Below, piece by piece: positions 51,828 through 61,961 of a DNA stretch of 64,000 bases. The position numbers and the translations under genes are program-made. Under the pieces are notes generated by a model. That model did not search any database and had not been told where the DNA came from. It was given only the letters and a program-made list of their open reading frames with translations. The stretch lies in assembly GCA_963827275.1 (NCBI GenBank), contig CAWHAA010000002.1, positions 64,001 to 128,000 of the forward strand, written 5' to 3'. The number at the start of each line of letters is the position of its first letter. Positions within the stretch are counted from its first letter, which is position 1. The stretch is from an uncultured Spirochaetota bacterium. GTDB lineage: Bacteria; Spirochaetota; UBA4802; UBA5550.

Positions 51828-52132
51828 TCGCCTGTTTTGGTACGGTCAAATCTGCTGATAAAAAAATTATAGAGGGAAGAAAAGGCAAAGCCGGCTATAA
51901 GGAAATCGAGGGCAGCGTAGACCGTGTTGATGACGATCCCGATGAGCCGGGCCACGGCGTCGCTGTCTATGTTTTCTATTATTGACAGCCCGCCGCTGGG
52001 ATGAATGGATTCAAAGATCCTCACCGCTTCGATGCCGAAACCGTTTATCGAGCACCAGATGAAGAGGATCAGGAGGGGTGTTGTCCCCACAATCAGGGCG
52101 GTAATGGAAAACCAGAGTATGTTCAGTTTCAT
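51824..52132 (-). CDS. Small membrane protein
   Basis: Two hydrophobic segments; stop overlaps the next start (ATGA). Confidence 0.65.
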   Translation of the reverse strand: MKLNILWFSITALIVGTTPLLILFIWCSINGFGIEAVRIFESIHPSGGLSIIENIDSDAVARLIGIVINTVYAALDFLIAGFAFSSLYNFFISRFDRTKTGD

Positions 52133-52330
52133 GCTGTGCCTCGATTGTCCGTGATGTATGGACCGTCACCGCGTATGATCACGGGTTCCGCACCGCGAGT
52201 CAATAATAATATTGCGCGGCAGGATTTTTTGAGCATGCCGGCGGCGCCTGTTCACAGATAAATGATTGACGCATAAAAACTGTTTGAAATATATCGGCAA
52301 CTGTATCGTGATTGTATGACCGGGAGGACG

Positions 52331-53152
52331 ATGAAATCAAAACTGACGATCCTGCTGACAAATGATGACGGCCTTCACTCTGAAGGCATACATGCATTGT
52401 ATGCGGCGCTTTCGCGTGACCATGCGGTATACATGATCGCGCCCGACAGCGAGCGGAGCGCATGTTCCAATGCCATAACAGTGAGGTCGCCGCTTAAAAT
52501 CAAAAAAATAGAGGACACCAAGTTCTCGATCAGCGGGTTTCCCGCTGACTGCGTCATTGTCGGGTTGAGCGGCAACCTCATCCCGGACGTCGACCTGATT
52601 ATTTCCGGCATTAACCACGGCCCGAACGTGGGGGATGATCTCGTTTTTTCCGGGACCGTCGCCGGCGCCCGGACGGGCCATATCTTCGGGAAAGCCGCCA
52701 TTGCGGTCTCGATCAACGCGTACCACAGGGTGTCCCGCTACCTCAACGACGCGGCCGAATTCATGCGGGAGTTCGTCGCCGAGCTTGCCCCCGTCATCGC
52801 GGGCGTTTCACCGGCCGCTGATGCCGAGGGTCGCCTGCCGGTACCGTGGCCGTTTTTCAATATCAATTATCCCGATCTCCCGCTGACCGGCATCAGGGGG
52901 AGGAAATACACGCATGTCGGGCGGAGGATATACCGCGACTCCTTTCAGGAAGCGTTCCTTGATTCCGGGGAAGCGACGGTACAGATGGGCGGCTATATCG
53001 AATCCATATTTGACGAGGGCTCCGATACTACCGAGCTGGAAAACGGCTTCATATCGATTACGCCGCTGATGACTGACTCGACCGATTACGAATCGCTAAA
53101 AAAAATCCCAGGTGATATGCGATGTCTGAAACGCCCCTCCAGAACAAAATAG
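52331..53152 (+). CDS. surE: 5'/3'-nucleotidase SurE
   Basis: LLTNDDG, APDSERSA, SGINHGPNVG, SGTVAGA, ISITPL; GGAGG RBS. Confidence 0.93.
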   Translation: MKSKLTILLTNDDGLHSEGIHALYAALSRDHAVYMIAPDSERSACSNAITVRSPLKIKKIEDTKFSISGFPADCVIVGLSGNLIPDVDLIISGINHGPNVGDDLVFSGTVAGARTGHIFGKAAIAVSINAYHRVSRYLNDAAEFMREFVAELAPVIAGVSPAADAEGRLPVPWPFFNINYPDLPLTGIRGRKYTHVGRRIYRDSFQEAFLDSGEATVQMGGYIESIFDEGSDTTELENGFISITPLMTDSTDYESLKKIPGDMRCLKRPSRTK

Positions 53153-53829
53153 ACGGCTTTCTTGAATCAGCGTTAAAGCGGTTCATGGTGAAGGATTACG
53201 ACAGCGCGATCCGCGAGCTGAAGGCCGCCGAGGTGCTCGACAGTGATAATCCGGAGATCCTCTATAACCTGGGGATCAATTACTGCCGGATGGGTCTTGA
53301 CAAGACGGCGATCGGGTATTTCAAAAAGCTGTTGACCCTGGACCACGCGTTCATCGATGCCCTCGAGGTTAAAAAGCTCATTGCGTACGCCCTGATACAT
53401 ATACGGGAATACGGGGAATCCGAGACATACCTTGACCAGGTCCTCGATCTGGTTCCCTCCGACCTTGCGGCCATGAACATGAAGGCATACTGCCTTGAAA
53501 TGCAGGGAAGGCACGCGGAGGCGCTGCACCTCTACGGGTCGATAATTGAACTCGATAAAAAAAATTTCAACGCGTACAATTCGATTGCATACATCATGGC
53601 AACGACCGGCGGGGACCCGCGGCAGGCGCTCAGATTCGCGCGCATCGCGCACGACGCCAACAAGGAATACCCGGCGTATATGGATACGCTCGGGTATGTC
53701 TATCTGAAAATGGGTGATCTCGATCGGGCAGGGGAGTATTTGCAGGCGGCGCTTGAGCGGGCCCCGTTTTCAGAGACCATAAAGGGGCACCTGGATGAGT
53801 TGAAAACAATGCGGAACTCTGCGCGGTAA
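53122..53829 (+). CDS. Tetratricopeptide repeat protein
   Basis: Repeated TPR patterns, including AYNSIAY and YMDTLGYVYLKMG. Confidence 0.85.
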   Translation: MSETPLQNKIDGFLESALKRFMVKDYDSAIRELKAAEVLDSDNPEILYNLGINYCRMGLDKTAIGYFKKLLTLDHAFIDALEVKKLIAYALIHIREYGESETYLDQVLDLVPSDLAAMNMKAYCLEMQGRHAEALHLYGSIIELDKKNFNAYNSIAYIMATTGGDPRQALRFARIAHDANKEYPAYMDTLGYVYLKMGDLDRAGEYLQAALERAPFSETIKGHLDELKTMRNSAR

Positions 53830-53993
53830 CTGCGCACTCCCGGGCCGGGCATTTTTCGTATGCATTTGCTTAAAAAGGGACCGGCGAGATGTTTTACCTG
53901 TCATGGTACAAACGCCGCGGACAAATAATTGAATTAATATCTTGACATTTCACCACTTTCACAAAATATTTGAATCCTGATAAGGAAATACGA

Positions 53994-54341
53994 ATGAAAT
54001 ATCAGCATAAAATAACCTCAGACATGGTGAGCAACGTTCCCGTTATTTTTATCGAGGGCGATTTGACATCGGATGCTGACGGCGATGCCAAAAGCGTGTA
54101 TGCCGATGTCAGGGATAAATACTCTCCGAAAAAACTGATCGTTAATTTTGAGCATACCAAATATATCAACTCATCCGGCATTGCGACCCTGATTCACATC
54201 ATCCAGGATGTCAATGAGAAGGGCGGGGTCATCGCGTTCGTCGGGATGTCCGAGCACCTGAAAAAAGTTATGAGCATTGTCGGCATTTCCGATTTCGTGC
54301 AGATATTCAATTCAAACAATGATGCACTGCAATCTTTGTAA
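53994..54341 (+). CDS. STAS domain anti-sigma factor antagonist
   Basis: IEGDL...YINSSGIATL (phosphorylatable Ser); AAGGA RBS. Confidence 0.88.
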   Translation: MKYQHKITSDMVSNVPVIFIEGDLTSDADGDAKSVYADVRDKYSPKKLIVNFEHTKYINSSGIATLIHIIQDVNEKGGVIAFVGMSEHLKKVMSIVGISDFVQIFNSNNDALQSL

Positions 54342-54450
54342 ATTCGGTTTCAATGTTCACGTCGTACGCCTCGTCGCAGCATCATTTCAAACATGCGCAT
54401 TCATTACCCATATATAGTGTTCGTTGATCTACAGGTAGATTCTGCCCCGG

Positions 54451-56043
54451 GTGGTTATGATGGCTGCAAAAGGAAAATACAGGGACGATTGCATATTTGT
54501 TATTGATGCCGGCACCCAGTCGATCAGGGCCGCGATTATTGATATGCACGGTGCGATCCGTGATATCGTGAAGACGCCGATTGAGCCGTATTATTCAGAG
54601 CATCCCGGCTGGGCCGAGCAGGACCCGGAATATTTCTGGAAGAATCTCTGCCTCACCTGTAAAAAATTGCTGAAAACAATGTCGGGCGACATCACGGCGG
54701 TCAGGGGCGTTACCGTCACGACGCAGCGTGACACGATGATCAATGTCGATAAAAGCGGGAAGCCCCTGCGTCCCGCCATTGTCTGGCTTGACCAGAGAAA
54801 GGCTGACAAGGGAGCTTGGCCGCCGCTCCCTCTCGCCGTTCTGTTAAAATCGATCAATATGTATGATGCCAGCATCCACACCTACCGGGAGACTGAATCC
54901 AACTGGATCCGCCAGAATCAGCCGGAGATCTGGGAGCGCACGCATAAATACCTTCTCCTGTCCGGGTTTTTTTCCTACCGGCTCACCGGTGAATATGTCG
55001 ATTCAATCGGTTGCACCGTCGGGTACCTGCCGTTCGATTACAAGAAGCACCAGTGGCTGTCAAAGAGCGAAATCACGTGGGGGATTTTTGACTTCGACCT
55101 CTCCCTCATGCCGGAACTGGTGAAGCCGTCCGGGCTCATGGGCCATATTACGAGGAAGGCGTCGAAGGAAACAGGGCTGCCGGAAGGGCTGCCCGTCATC
55201 GCCGCAGCCGCGGACAAGGCATGCGAAGTGCTTGGCTCCGGGTGCCTTACCCCGGAAATTGCCTGCCTCAGCTACGGGACCACGGCCACGGTGGAAACGA
55301 CGAATCAGAAGTATGTCGAGGTGGTCCCCTTTTTCCCGCCGTACCCGAGTGCGGTCCCCGGCGCCTACAATACCGAGGTGATGATCTTACGCGGCTACTG
55401 GATGGTGAGCTGGTTTAAAAAGGAATTCGGTCTGCGTGAAGTAGAGATAGCGAAAAAAAGGAACATCGCGCCGGAGGTGTTGTTCGACCAGATGGTTGCA
55501 ACTGTCCCGCCGGGGTCCATGGGGCTGACCCTCCAGCCGTTCTGGTCTCCGGGCGTGAAGATCCCGGGCCCCGAGGCGAAGGGAGCGATCATCGGGTTCG
55601 GCGATGTCCACACCAGGGCGCATATTTACCGGGCGATCCTCGAGGGGCTTGCATACGCCCTCAAGGAAGGGAGCCTGCGCACCGAGAAGAAAAACAAGGT
55701 CCGCATCGAGCGGCTACGGGTCTCCGGCGGCGGTTCCCAGAGCGATGTCGCCATGCAGCTCACCGCAGATATCTTTGACCTTCCCGCTGAACGTCCCCAT
55801 ACCTATGAGACATCCGCACTGGGGGCGGCCATGGACGCGGCCGTGGGGCTCTCGCTCTACCCTGATTTCAAGAGCGCGACAGCGGGCATGACGCGTCTCA
55901 GGGACGTGTTTGAACCGATACCGAAGAACAGGGACCTCTACCGGGAGCTGTATGAGCGGGTATACCTGAAGCTCTATGACAGGCTCAAGCCCCTCTATGA
56001 CGGCATACGGGATATTACCGGGTACCCCCCAAAAATCCGATAA
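54451..56043 (+). CDS. FGGY-family carbohydrate kinase (YgcE-like)
   Basis: IDAGTQSIRA, PGWAEQD, WLDQR, YGTTAT, RAILEG, SGGGSQSD. Start may be ATG 54457 or 54460. Confidence 0.9.
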   Translation: MVMMAAKGKYRDDCIFVIDAGTQSIRAAIIDMHGAIRDIVKTPIEPYYSEHPGWAEQDPEYFWKNLCLTCKKLLKTMSGDITAVRGVTVTTQRDTMINVDKSGKPLRPAIVWLDQRKADKGAWPPLPLAVLLKSINMYDASIHTYRETESNWIRQNQPEIWERTHKYLLLSGFFSYRLTGEYVDSIGCTVGYLPFDYKKHQWLSKSEITWGIFDFDLSLMPELVKPSGLMGHITRKASKETGLPEGLPVIAAAADKACEVLGSGCLTPEIACLSYGTTATVETTNQKYVEVVPFFPPYPSAVPGAYNTEVMILRGYWMVSWFKKEFGLREVEIAKKRNIAPEVLFDQMVATVPPGSMGLTLQPFWSPGVKIPGPEAKGAIIGFGDVHTRAHIYRAILEGLAYALKEGSLRTEKKNKVRIERLRVSGGGSQSDVAMQLTADIFDLPAERPHTYETSALGAAMDAAVGLSLYPDFKSATAGMTRLRDVFEPIPKNRDLYRELYERVYLKLYDRLKPLYDGIRDITGYPPKIR

Positions 56044-56063
56044 CGCGGGACGAGGTTGTTGCA

Positions 56064-56405
56064 ATGGGTATCATCCAGTATTCTTCTTCCCGCCATGGCT
56101 CTATCACGCTGATCCATCTCGGCGGCAGCCTGGACGCGGAAACAGCCCCTAAATTCGACGCCAAGCTCAAAGGGGAAATAGAAAGGGGAACGAAAAAAAT
56201 CATCTGCAATCTTGAACGCCTCGATTATATCGCCAGTGCAGGGCTCGGTGTCCTGATCAGCGCCAACGACCTGCTGCGAAAGCAGGGCGGGGAGCTCAGG
56301 ATCGCGGCAATGAATGAAAAGATACGAAAAATATTCAAGCTCCTCGGGTTCATCAATCTCTTCAAGATCTTCGAAAATGACCAGAAGGCGATGGACTCTT
56401 TCTGA
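56064..56405 (+). CDS. STAS domain anti-sigma factor antagonist
   Basis: GSLDAETAP...LDYIASAGLGVL. Confidence 0.9.
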   Translation: MGIIQYSSSRHGSITLIHLGGSLDAETAPKFDAKLKGEIERGTKKIICNLERLDYIASAGLGVLISANDLLRKQGGELRIAAMNEKIRKIFKLLGFINLFKIFENDQKAMDSF

Positions 56406-56482
56406 GCCCCCGGGCAGCCGGGCGAACCGACGGCAGGCAATCCTTTGACGGAGGACTCTGAAGCCGCATCAGACAACATCTC

Positions 56483-56905
56483 ATGACGGATGTTCCGAAA
56501 CATATTTCCATCGAAATCCCGCGATCGACAGGGAAGCTTGACTACCTGCGGGAAACGGTCGTCGGGTTCCTGCAGGGCCTGCACATCGACGAGGGCCCGG
56601 TGTCGCGGATCGAGCTGTCGGTCTATGAAGCGGTGGTGAACATCATCGAGCATTCTGTGCCCGCATACAGCGACAGGGACATACGGATTGAATGCGGTGT
56701 GGAGGGGAATGAGGTGGCCATCGCGATTTCGCATTACGGCGATGCGTTTGATATAACCAAGGCTGCGCTCCCGGACATCGAGCAGCACTACAAATCAGGC
56801 AAGATGCGCGGGCTCGGCATCTACTTTATCATGACCCTGATGGACAGGGTCGAGTATTCGCATGATAACATGACGAGCACCCTGCGGATGTATAAAAGGA
56901 TATGA
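56483..56905 (+). CDS. RsbW/SpoIIAB-like anti-sigma factor serine kinase
   Basis: ELSVYEAVVNIIEH, RGLGIYFIMTLMDRVEY. Confidence 0.88.
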   Translation: MTDVPKHISIEIPRSTGKLDYLRETVVGFLQGLHIDEGPVSRIELSVYEAVVNIIEHSVPAYSDRDIRIECGVEGNEVAIAISHYGDAFDITKAALPDIEQHYKSGKMRGLGIYFIMTLMDRVEYSHDNMTSTLRMYKRI

Positions 56906-56932
56906 CCTCCCGCGCCGGTCCGGCGGAGGTCA
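56903..56932. terminator. Hairpin between convergent genes, possible bidirectional terminator
   Basis: TGACCTCC 56903-56910 and GGAGGTCA 56925-56932 form an inverted repeat whose ends are the two stop codons; no U-tract. Confidence 0.35.
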
Positions 56933-58119
56933 GGAGTGATAGAGCTCGCATTTCCCCGACATGAGGTATTTTACGCCTTCATCAAGCCCGTCAAGCGTCA
57001 GCTCGAACATCGGGAATATGCCGCGTATCATGCGGATGGTCTGGATATAGTTCCATGAGCGAGAGGGGAGCGTGTTCAGCCAGATGATGTTTTTAAACTT
57101 GTCCCTGAACCGCTGGAGCCAGACGATCCCCGGCGTATCGTTGTAATACCAGTAGTCAATAGCGCCGTTCACCCAGGTCAGCTCTGAGGGCGCCATCTCG
57201 CCGTCTCCCACGATGATCACCTTGTAGTCGTTGTCCTCGCTTCTCAGGATGTCCATTGTGGACACGGATTGATTGCGCTCGATGTCCGTGCAAAGCTCCT
57301 GGTAGATGCAGTTATGAAAGTAATAATGCTTGAATTTGCTGATCTGCGAAGAGGCGGCGGAAAAGAGCCGCTCACCAGCTCCGCGTAGGGCGTCATCGAT
57401 CCGCCCACGTCCATGAGTATCATGACCTTTGAGGCCTTTTTTTCCTTGTTTTCCCAGATCAGTTCAATTTCACCCGCATTTTTACAGGTCGCGTCTATGG
57501 TCTCCTCGACGTTCAGCTTCTCCCCGAGGCCGATGGGAAGGAGGGAGCGCAGGTGCGAGAGCGCGACCTTCATCTGGCGCGTGTCCAGGGTGATATCGCT
57601 CGAATAATTGCGGAAGCTCCTCTTCTCCGCGATCTGCACCGCGCGCTTGTGGCGGGACTCACCCTGGCCGATGCGGATTCCCGCGGGGTTGTATCCCCAC
57701 GCTCCCTGCGTTGACCGCCCGCCGGTGCCGATGGCCTTGTTCCCGCCGACGTGGTCCTTGTAGTGGCCCGCCTTCATCTGCTCCTCGAAGTTTTTCAGTA
57801 TCTCGTCAAGGTTCAGCTCCTCGATCTGCTTCTTTTCCTCCTCGGTGAGATGGAGCTCCTTGACCTTCTTGAGGCCGGCCAGGATCTCCTCGAGCATTTC
57901 ATCGGTTGTCTCGATGTCCTTGAAGGTGTCGAGGAACGCCATGTCGTACTTGTCGAAGTGGATCTCGTGTTTTACCAATATTGATTTTGCGATATGGTAG
58001 AAGTCGGTCAGGCTGCAGTTGTTGAGGTTCAACGCCAGGGCGTGGTGGAGGGTTATCCACTCATGCATCGAGACCGGCACGCCGTGCGACTTCAGCGAGA
58101 AGAAAAAATTAATAAACAT
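56930..58119 (-). pseudogene. CoxE-like vWA domain protein split by a single-base deletion near 57372
   Basis: MDVGGSM (MIDAS) is in ORF 57244-58119. Adding one base restores ...ELV(E/S)RLFSAASSQISKFKHYYFHNCIY... in frame with VIIVGDG and WLN of ORF 56930-57265. Confidence 0.75.
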
Positions 58120-58963
58120 CCCGCGTCCTCATGCTGGTGTTGTAGGCGTAGTGTGATTTTCCCGATTTTTCCACGAGGTCGACGTCCTCCTTCTTCTTGA
58201 GAAGCGTTCCCACAAAGGGGATCTCCTGCTCGATGGTCTTCGGCGGGATGCCGCCCACGATCAGTGCCTGGATCCAGTCGATCAGCTCGCTCGTCGAGGG
58301 CTTTTTCCTGAGCATGTCGAATTCGCGTATCCAGTAGAAGCGCTTCAGCGACTCGCGCAGAAGGGTCTTTTCAATTTTCGGGAAATGGACCTTTATGATG
58401 TCTTCCATGAGCGCGGTGTCGGGGAACTCGATATAGTGGAAGACGCACCGCCTGAGGAACGGGTCCGGGAGCTCCTTCTCGCTGTTGGACGTGATGATAA
58501 CGATGGGGCGGTGTTTCGCCTTGATTGTCTCGGCGGTTTCCGGAATGTGAAAGCTCATCTCGTCGAGCTCGTTCAGGAGGTCATTTGGAAATTCAAGCTC
58601 CGCCTTGTCTATTTCATCGATAAGAAGGACGACCTGCTCATCCGCGTTGAACGCCTCGCCCAGCTTGCCGAGCTTGATGTATTTTTTTATGTCAGAGATG
58701 TCGCCGTCCCCGAACCGCGCGTCATTGAGCCGCTGGACGGTGTCGTACAGGTACAGGCCTTCCTTGGCCTTGGTCGTCGACTTGATGTTCCAGATTATGA
58801 GCTGTTTTCCCAGCCCCTTCGCGATTGAATGTGCCAGGAGCGTTTTCCCGGTACCCGGTTCGCCCTTGACGATAAGCGGCCTGCCGAGCGCGATAGAGAC
58901 ATTGACATTGTCGCGCAGCGCCTGCGACAAAACGTATTCATCAGATCCCTTAAAGTAGTTCAT
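58109..58963 (-). CDS. MoxR family AAA+ ATPase (CoxD-like)
   Basis: KGEPGTGKT, LLIDEIDKA, FPNDLL, TSNSEKELPDPFLRRC. ATG 58963 follows AAGGTG. Confidence 0.92.
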   Translation of the reverse strand: MNYFKGSDEYVLSQALRDNVNVSIALGRPLIVKGEPGTGKTLLAHSIAKGLGKQLIIWNIKSTTKAKEGLYLYDTVQRLNDARFGDGDISDIKKYIKLGKLGEAFNADEQVVLLIDEIDKAELEFPNDLLNELDEMSFHIPETAETIKAKHRPIVIITSNSEKELPDPFLRRCVFHYIEFPDTALMEDIIKVHFPKIEKTLLRESLKRFYWIREFDMLRKKPSTSELIDWIQALIVGGIPPKTIEQEIPFVGTLLKKKEDVDLVEKSGKSHYAYNTSMRTRDVY

Positions 58964-59049
58964 ACCGATCACCTTTTATTGATAGTGCCTTTTGTAACCA
59001 ATACAGAGTATCGCACCGTAACTGGCAAGTATTTTTGGAGCTTTTATCG

Positions 59050-59078
59050 TTGACATCCGGGGGGAATTCGAATAATTT
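59050..59078 (+). promoter_or_regulatory. Sigma70-type promoter
   Basis: TTGACA 59050-59055, 17-bp spacer, TAATTT 59073-59078. Confidence 0.5.
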
Positions 59079-59101
59079 ACTGAATAACCATCGGGAATGA
59101 C

Positions 59102-59911
59102 ATGAAAAAAATCGCTATTATCGCGCTGGCGCTCCTTGTGCCGCTATCGGCATCCGCAGTCCATTTTGAAGAGCTCGACAAGCCTCCTGAGGGGGCGCAC
59201 CAGGGCCAGATGATGCTCGGCGCCTTTGCCACGATCGGCGTGCCGTATGGAAGCATTATCAGCGCCGAGAAAAGCTTTACCAGGTATTCCACCTACACCT
59301 TCCTGGACAATCTTGTCACAAAGAGATTTTTGCTGCAGCACCTCTCCTTCAGCTACGGGATCTTCTATGAATATATGCCGGTGGACCACCTCGGGATAAA
59401 GGTCAAGATGAAGCGGTCATCGGTAGTGCAGCGGTCGCAGTTCGGCACCGAGTACCAGAACTGGTCCAAAACGCTCTACAGCGACTACTCGTTTTTTCTC
59501 GGGCCCTCCGTGCATGTCACCGCGAGGAAACAGTGGGATATATCTTTCACCCCGTTTGTGGGCTACGCACTCGGGAATTACAGCGCGACGCCTGTGGCGA
59601 AGAGGCTCGTGTATAATTTCAGCGTGCAGCAGATACCGGTTGAGCATGTCATATTCTGGTACGGCGGGAAAAGGAACAAGCAGGCCTACAACGTGGTCAT
59701 AGGCGGGGAGCTCGATCTGACGGTCTATTTCAGCCGCGGATTCATGCTGTCGTTCGGGTTCGACTGGACCATGAACATGCTTGAATTTAACGGGGCGTTT
59801 TACCTGATGAATCCGCAGTTGCCGTATCTCTGGTTCTTTCCGAACAAGAATTCGTCATACCTGCATTCTGTATGCTTCATCCTTTCTGCCGGCTACGCGT
59901 TTTCCAACTGA
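59102..59911 (+). CDS. Putative outer-membrane beta-barrel protein
   Basis: Signal peptide (ASA cleavage), aromatic-rich alternating strands, C-terminal LSAGYAF. Confidence 0.65.
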   Translation: MKKIAIIALALLVPLSASAVHFEELDKPPEGAHQGQMMLGAFATIGVPYGSIISAEKSFTRYSTYTFLDNLVTKRFLLQHLSFSYGIFYEYMPVDHLGIKVKMKRSSVVQRSQFGTEYQNWSKTLYSDYSFFLGPSVHVTARKQWDISFTPFVGYALGNYSATPVAKRLVYNFSVQQIPVEHVIFWYGGKRNKQAYNVVIGGELDLTVYFSRGFMLSFGFDWTMNMLEFNGAFYLMNPQLPYLWFFPNKNSSYLHSVCFILSAGYAFSN

Positions 59912-59932
59912 CCACGCCGCTCAGGTACCTGC

Positions 59933-59950
59933 GTGACCGCGCGCGGTCAC
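59933..59950. terminator. Perfect 18-bp palindrome between convergent genes
   Basis: GTGACCGCGCGCGGTCAC; no U-tract. Confidence 0.35.
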
Positions 59951-59953
59951 CGT

Positions 59954-60448
59954 TCAGCAGCCGCATGAATCGTCGGAGCACGATCCACCGGAGCAGCAGT
60001 CGCACCCGCTCGAGAGCTGGGCCTCGTCATTCACGGCGATTACCTTCACTTTGAAATGGAGGGTCTTCCCCGCAAGCGGATGGTTCAGATCGAGGATCGC
60101 GTCCTCGCCGGTGACGGTGGTGACGCGGGCGGGGATGAGGTGGCCGTCTTCCATCTGCACGGAAATGACCATCCCGGGCTCGGGTTTGAAATTCGCGTTC
60201 ATCTCTTTCAGCGGGACGGTAATCACGAATTCGCTGTTGTAATCGCCGTAGCCGTCCTCGGCGCTGACGGTGACATCTTTTTCGTCGCTGATCGCCATTG
60301 CCGCCACGGCGCGGTCAAGCCCCCCGATAATCATCCCGGACCCCACCTGGAATTCAAGGGGCTCCTGGCCGACATTGGAGTCAAAGACCTCTCCGTCATC
60401 AAATGTTCCGGTATATTCAATCTGTACGAATTTTCCTTCTTCAATCAT
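59954..60448 (-). CDS. slyD: FKBP-type peptidyl-prolyl isomerase SlyD
   Basis: YTGTFDDGEVFDS, DLNHPLAGKTLHF, Cys-rich tail. Confidence 0.92.
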   Translation of the reverse strand: MIEEGKFVQIEYTGTFDDGEVFDSNVGQEPLEFQVGSGMIIGGLDRAVAAMAISDEKDVTVSAEDGYGDYNSEFVITVPLKEMNANFKPEPGMVISVQMEDGHLIPARVTTVTGEDAILDLNHPLAGKTLHFKVKVIAVNDEAQLSSGCDCCSGGSCSDDSCGC

Positions 60449-60589
60449 CGCTCTTCTCCTTTGTGCTGCTTGATCGTGTTCTGACGGGCCTGAAATGGGG
60501 ATATCAGAATTAATGGCATTGTATTATTTGTCCGGTTATTGTAAACCCAAATTTATCTGCGGCCGGCATTTCCGGCTCCCCAGGCAGCG

Positions 60590-61633
60590 TCACTCATCAT
60601 CGGCCGGTGGGTCTGTCAGCATGAGGAGCCGCATCACCTGCAGGGTCACCCACTTGCTTTTTCTGCCCGCATGCTGTCGGGGCCGGTTCCCGTTCATCAT
60701 CCCCGTCCCCGCATGTTCCATGTTCCAGGTGCCGTCGTCGTTCTGGCGGGACATGACCAGGTTGAAGGCCTCGCCGGTGCGGCGGTCCGCGAGTAGACCC
60801 GCCTTTGCTATGAAGAGGAGCCCGTACAGGATATCGTACTGGGACATGACAGGGTATCCGATGCGCCTGAAGTCGGGGTTCCAGCTCCCCCTGGGCCGCA
60901 CCGGCTTCCCGCGTGACGTTTTGTACAGGGAGCGCCTCAGGAAAAATTCGGCCGCGCGCAGTAGCTGCCCGTTATACCGGTCTGACCCCGCCCGTGCGGC
61001 ATATTCGACAAGGGCCATGGAGCAGGCGATGGTAGCGTAGAAGCAGCTTGTCACCGCCGGGTCTTTTTCGCGGCGGAGACCGCTCCCCGGCTTTCTGAGG
61101 AGGATAAGCCTGAGCTGGTCGCAGGCGCCGGCAATCGGACAGTGGAGCCAGCCGCCGTCATGGCGCTGGGTGCGGGCTATCCACTCGATCCCTTTCGCTA
61201 CTCGTTCATCGTTGAATCCTGCGCGAAGAAGATATTTTATCATGTCGCCGGTCCTGCATGCCACCTCTTCGTGCGGGGTCCAGTTCAGGGTGAACCCGCC
61301 CGATCGGGTCTGGGAAGCGGCGAAGATGAGATCGGCGGTATTTCGCAGGAGGGGCGTGCGGGCGTCTAGGCCCCGCTCCACCGCCTCGGCGAAGCACCAC
61401 ATGGCGCCTTTGTAGAACAGGTCGAAATGCCTGATGTCACCGAAGCAGGTGCCGTTCCTGTTGGTCAGCCGCTGTATCTCAGCTGATTGCGCGACACGCT
61501 CATACCCGTCTGTGTCGCTCTCGAGCCCGAGTAATTCCCTGCGGGAGAGATAGCTGATGGAAGGATCAGCTTCTTCCAGGAGCCATTCTACGGGATCGCC
61601 GTTTAAATATTTGCTGTTCAATTGTGACCGCAC
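60590..61633 (-). CDS. Prenyltransferase/squalene-cyclase-like alpha/alpha toroid repeat protein
   Basis: QW-like repeats QTRSGGF, QRHDGGW, QNDDGTW; WLLEEADPSI, KSKWVT. Start uncertain. Confidence 0.7.
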   Translation of the reverse strand: MRSQLNSKYLNGDPVEWLLEEADPSISYLSRRELLGLESDTDGYERVAQSAEIQRLTNRNGTCFGDIRHFDLFYKGAMWCFAEAVERGLDARTPLLRNTADLIFAASQTRSGGFTLNWTPHEEVACRTGDMIKYLLRAGFNDERVAKGIEWIARTQRHDGGWLHCPIAGACDQLRLILLRKPGSGLRREKDPAVTSCFYATIACSMALVEYAARAGSDRYNGQLLRAAEFFLRRSLYKTSRGKPVRPRGSWNPDFRRIGYPVMSQYDILYGLLFIAKAGLLADRRTGEAFNLVMSRQNDDGTWNMEHAGTGMMNGNRPRQHAGRKSKWVTLQVMRLLMLTDPPADDE

Positions 61634-61961
61634 TATACTTATGGTGTGTGATCGGCAACAGATTGTCTGCCAGATGCGGGTTTATGTCAATGTATTTACC
61701 TGTTGCCAATGTGATGGCGCCCCATGCGGAGCATCCGATGCACGATGCATCCGCTATCAGCGGGTTGTGAGCAATAACAATCTGTTTTGATTTGAAATTA
61801 TCATGACGGTTATGTATAATTAATCAGGTACTGCATATTAATTTTTTATCTAAAAAATATAAAAAAATTATGATAAAAAAGTAAGAAAATATGCATATTT
61901 TACCGTTAATTTAATATAGGCATCCATAGATATGCCTATAAACGCGCCCTGGAGAGCCAGT

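Noticed and set aside
61765..61781. TTGTGAGCAATAACAAT, resembling the lac operator
   Set aside because: The central bases differ and there is no vector context or LacI-family gene; probably chance or an unrelated operator.
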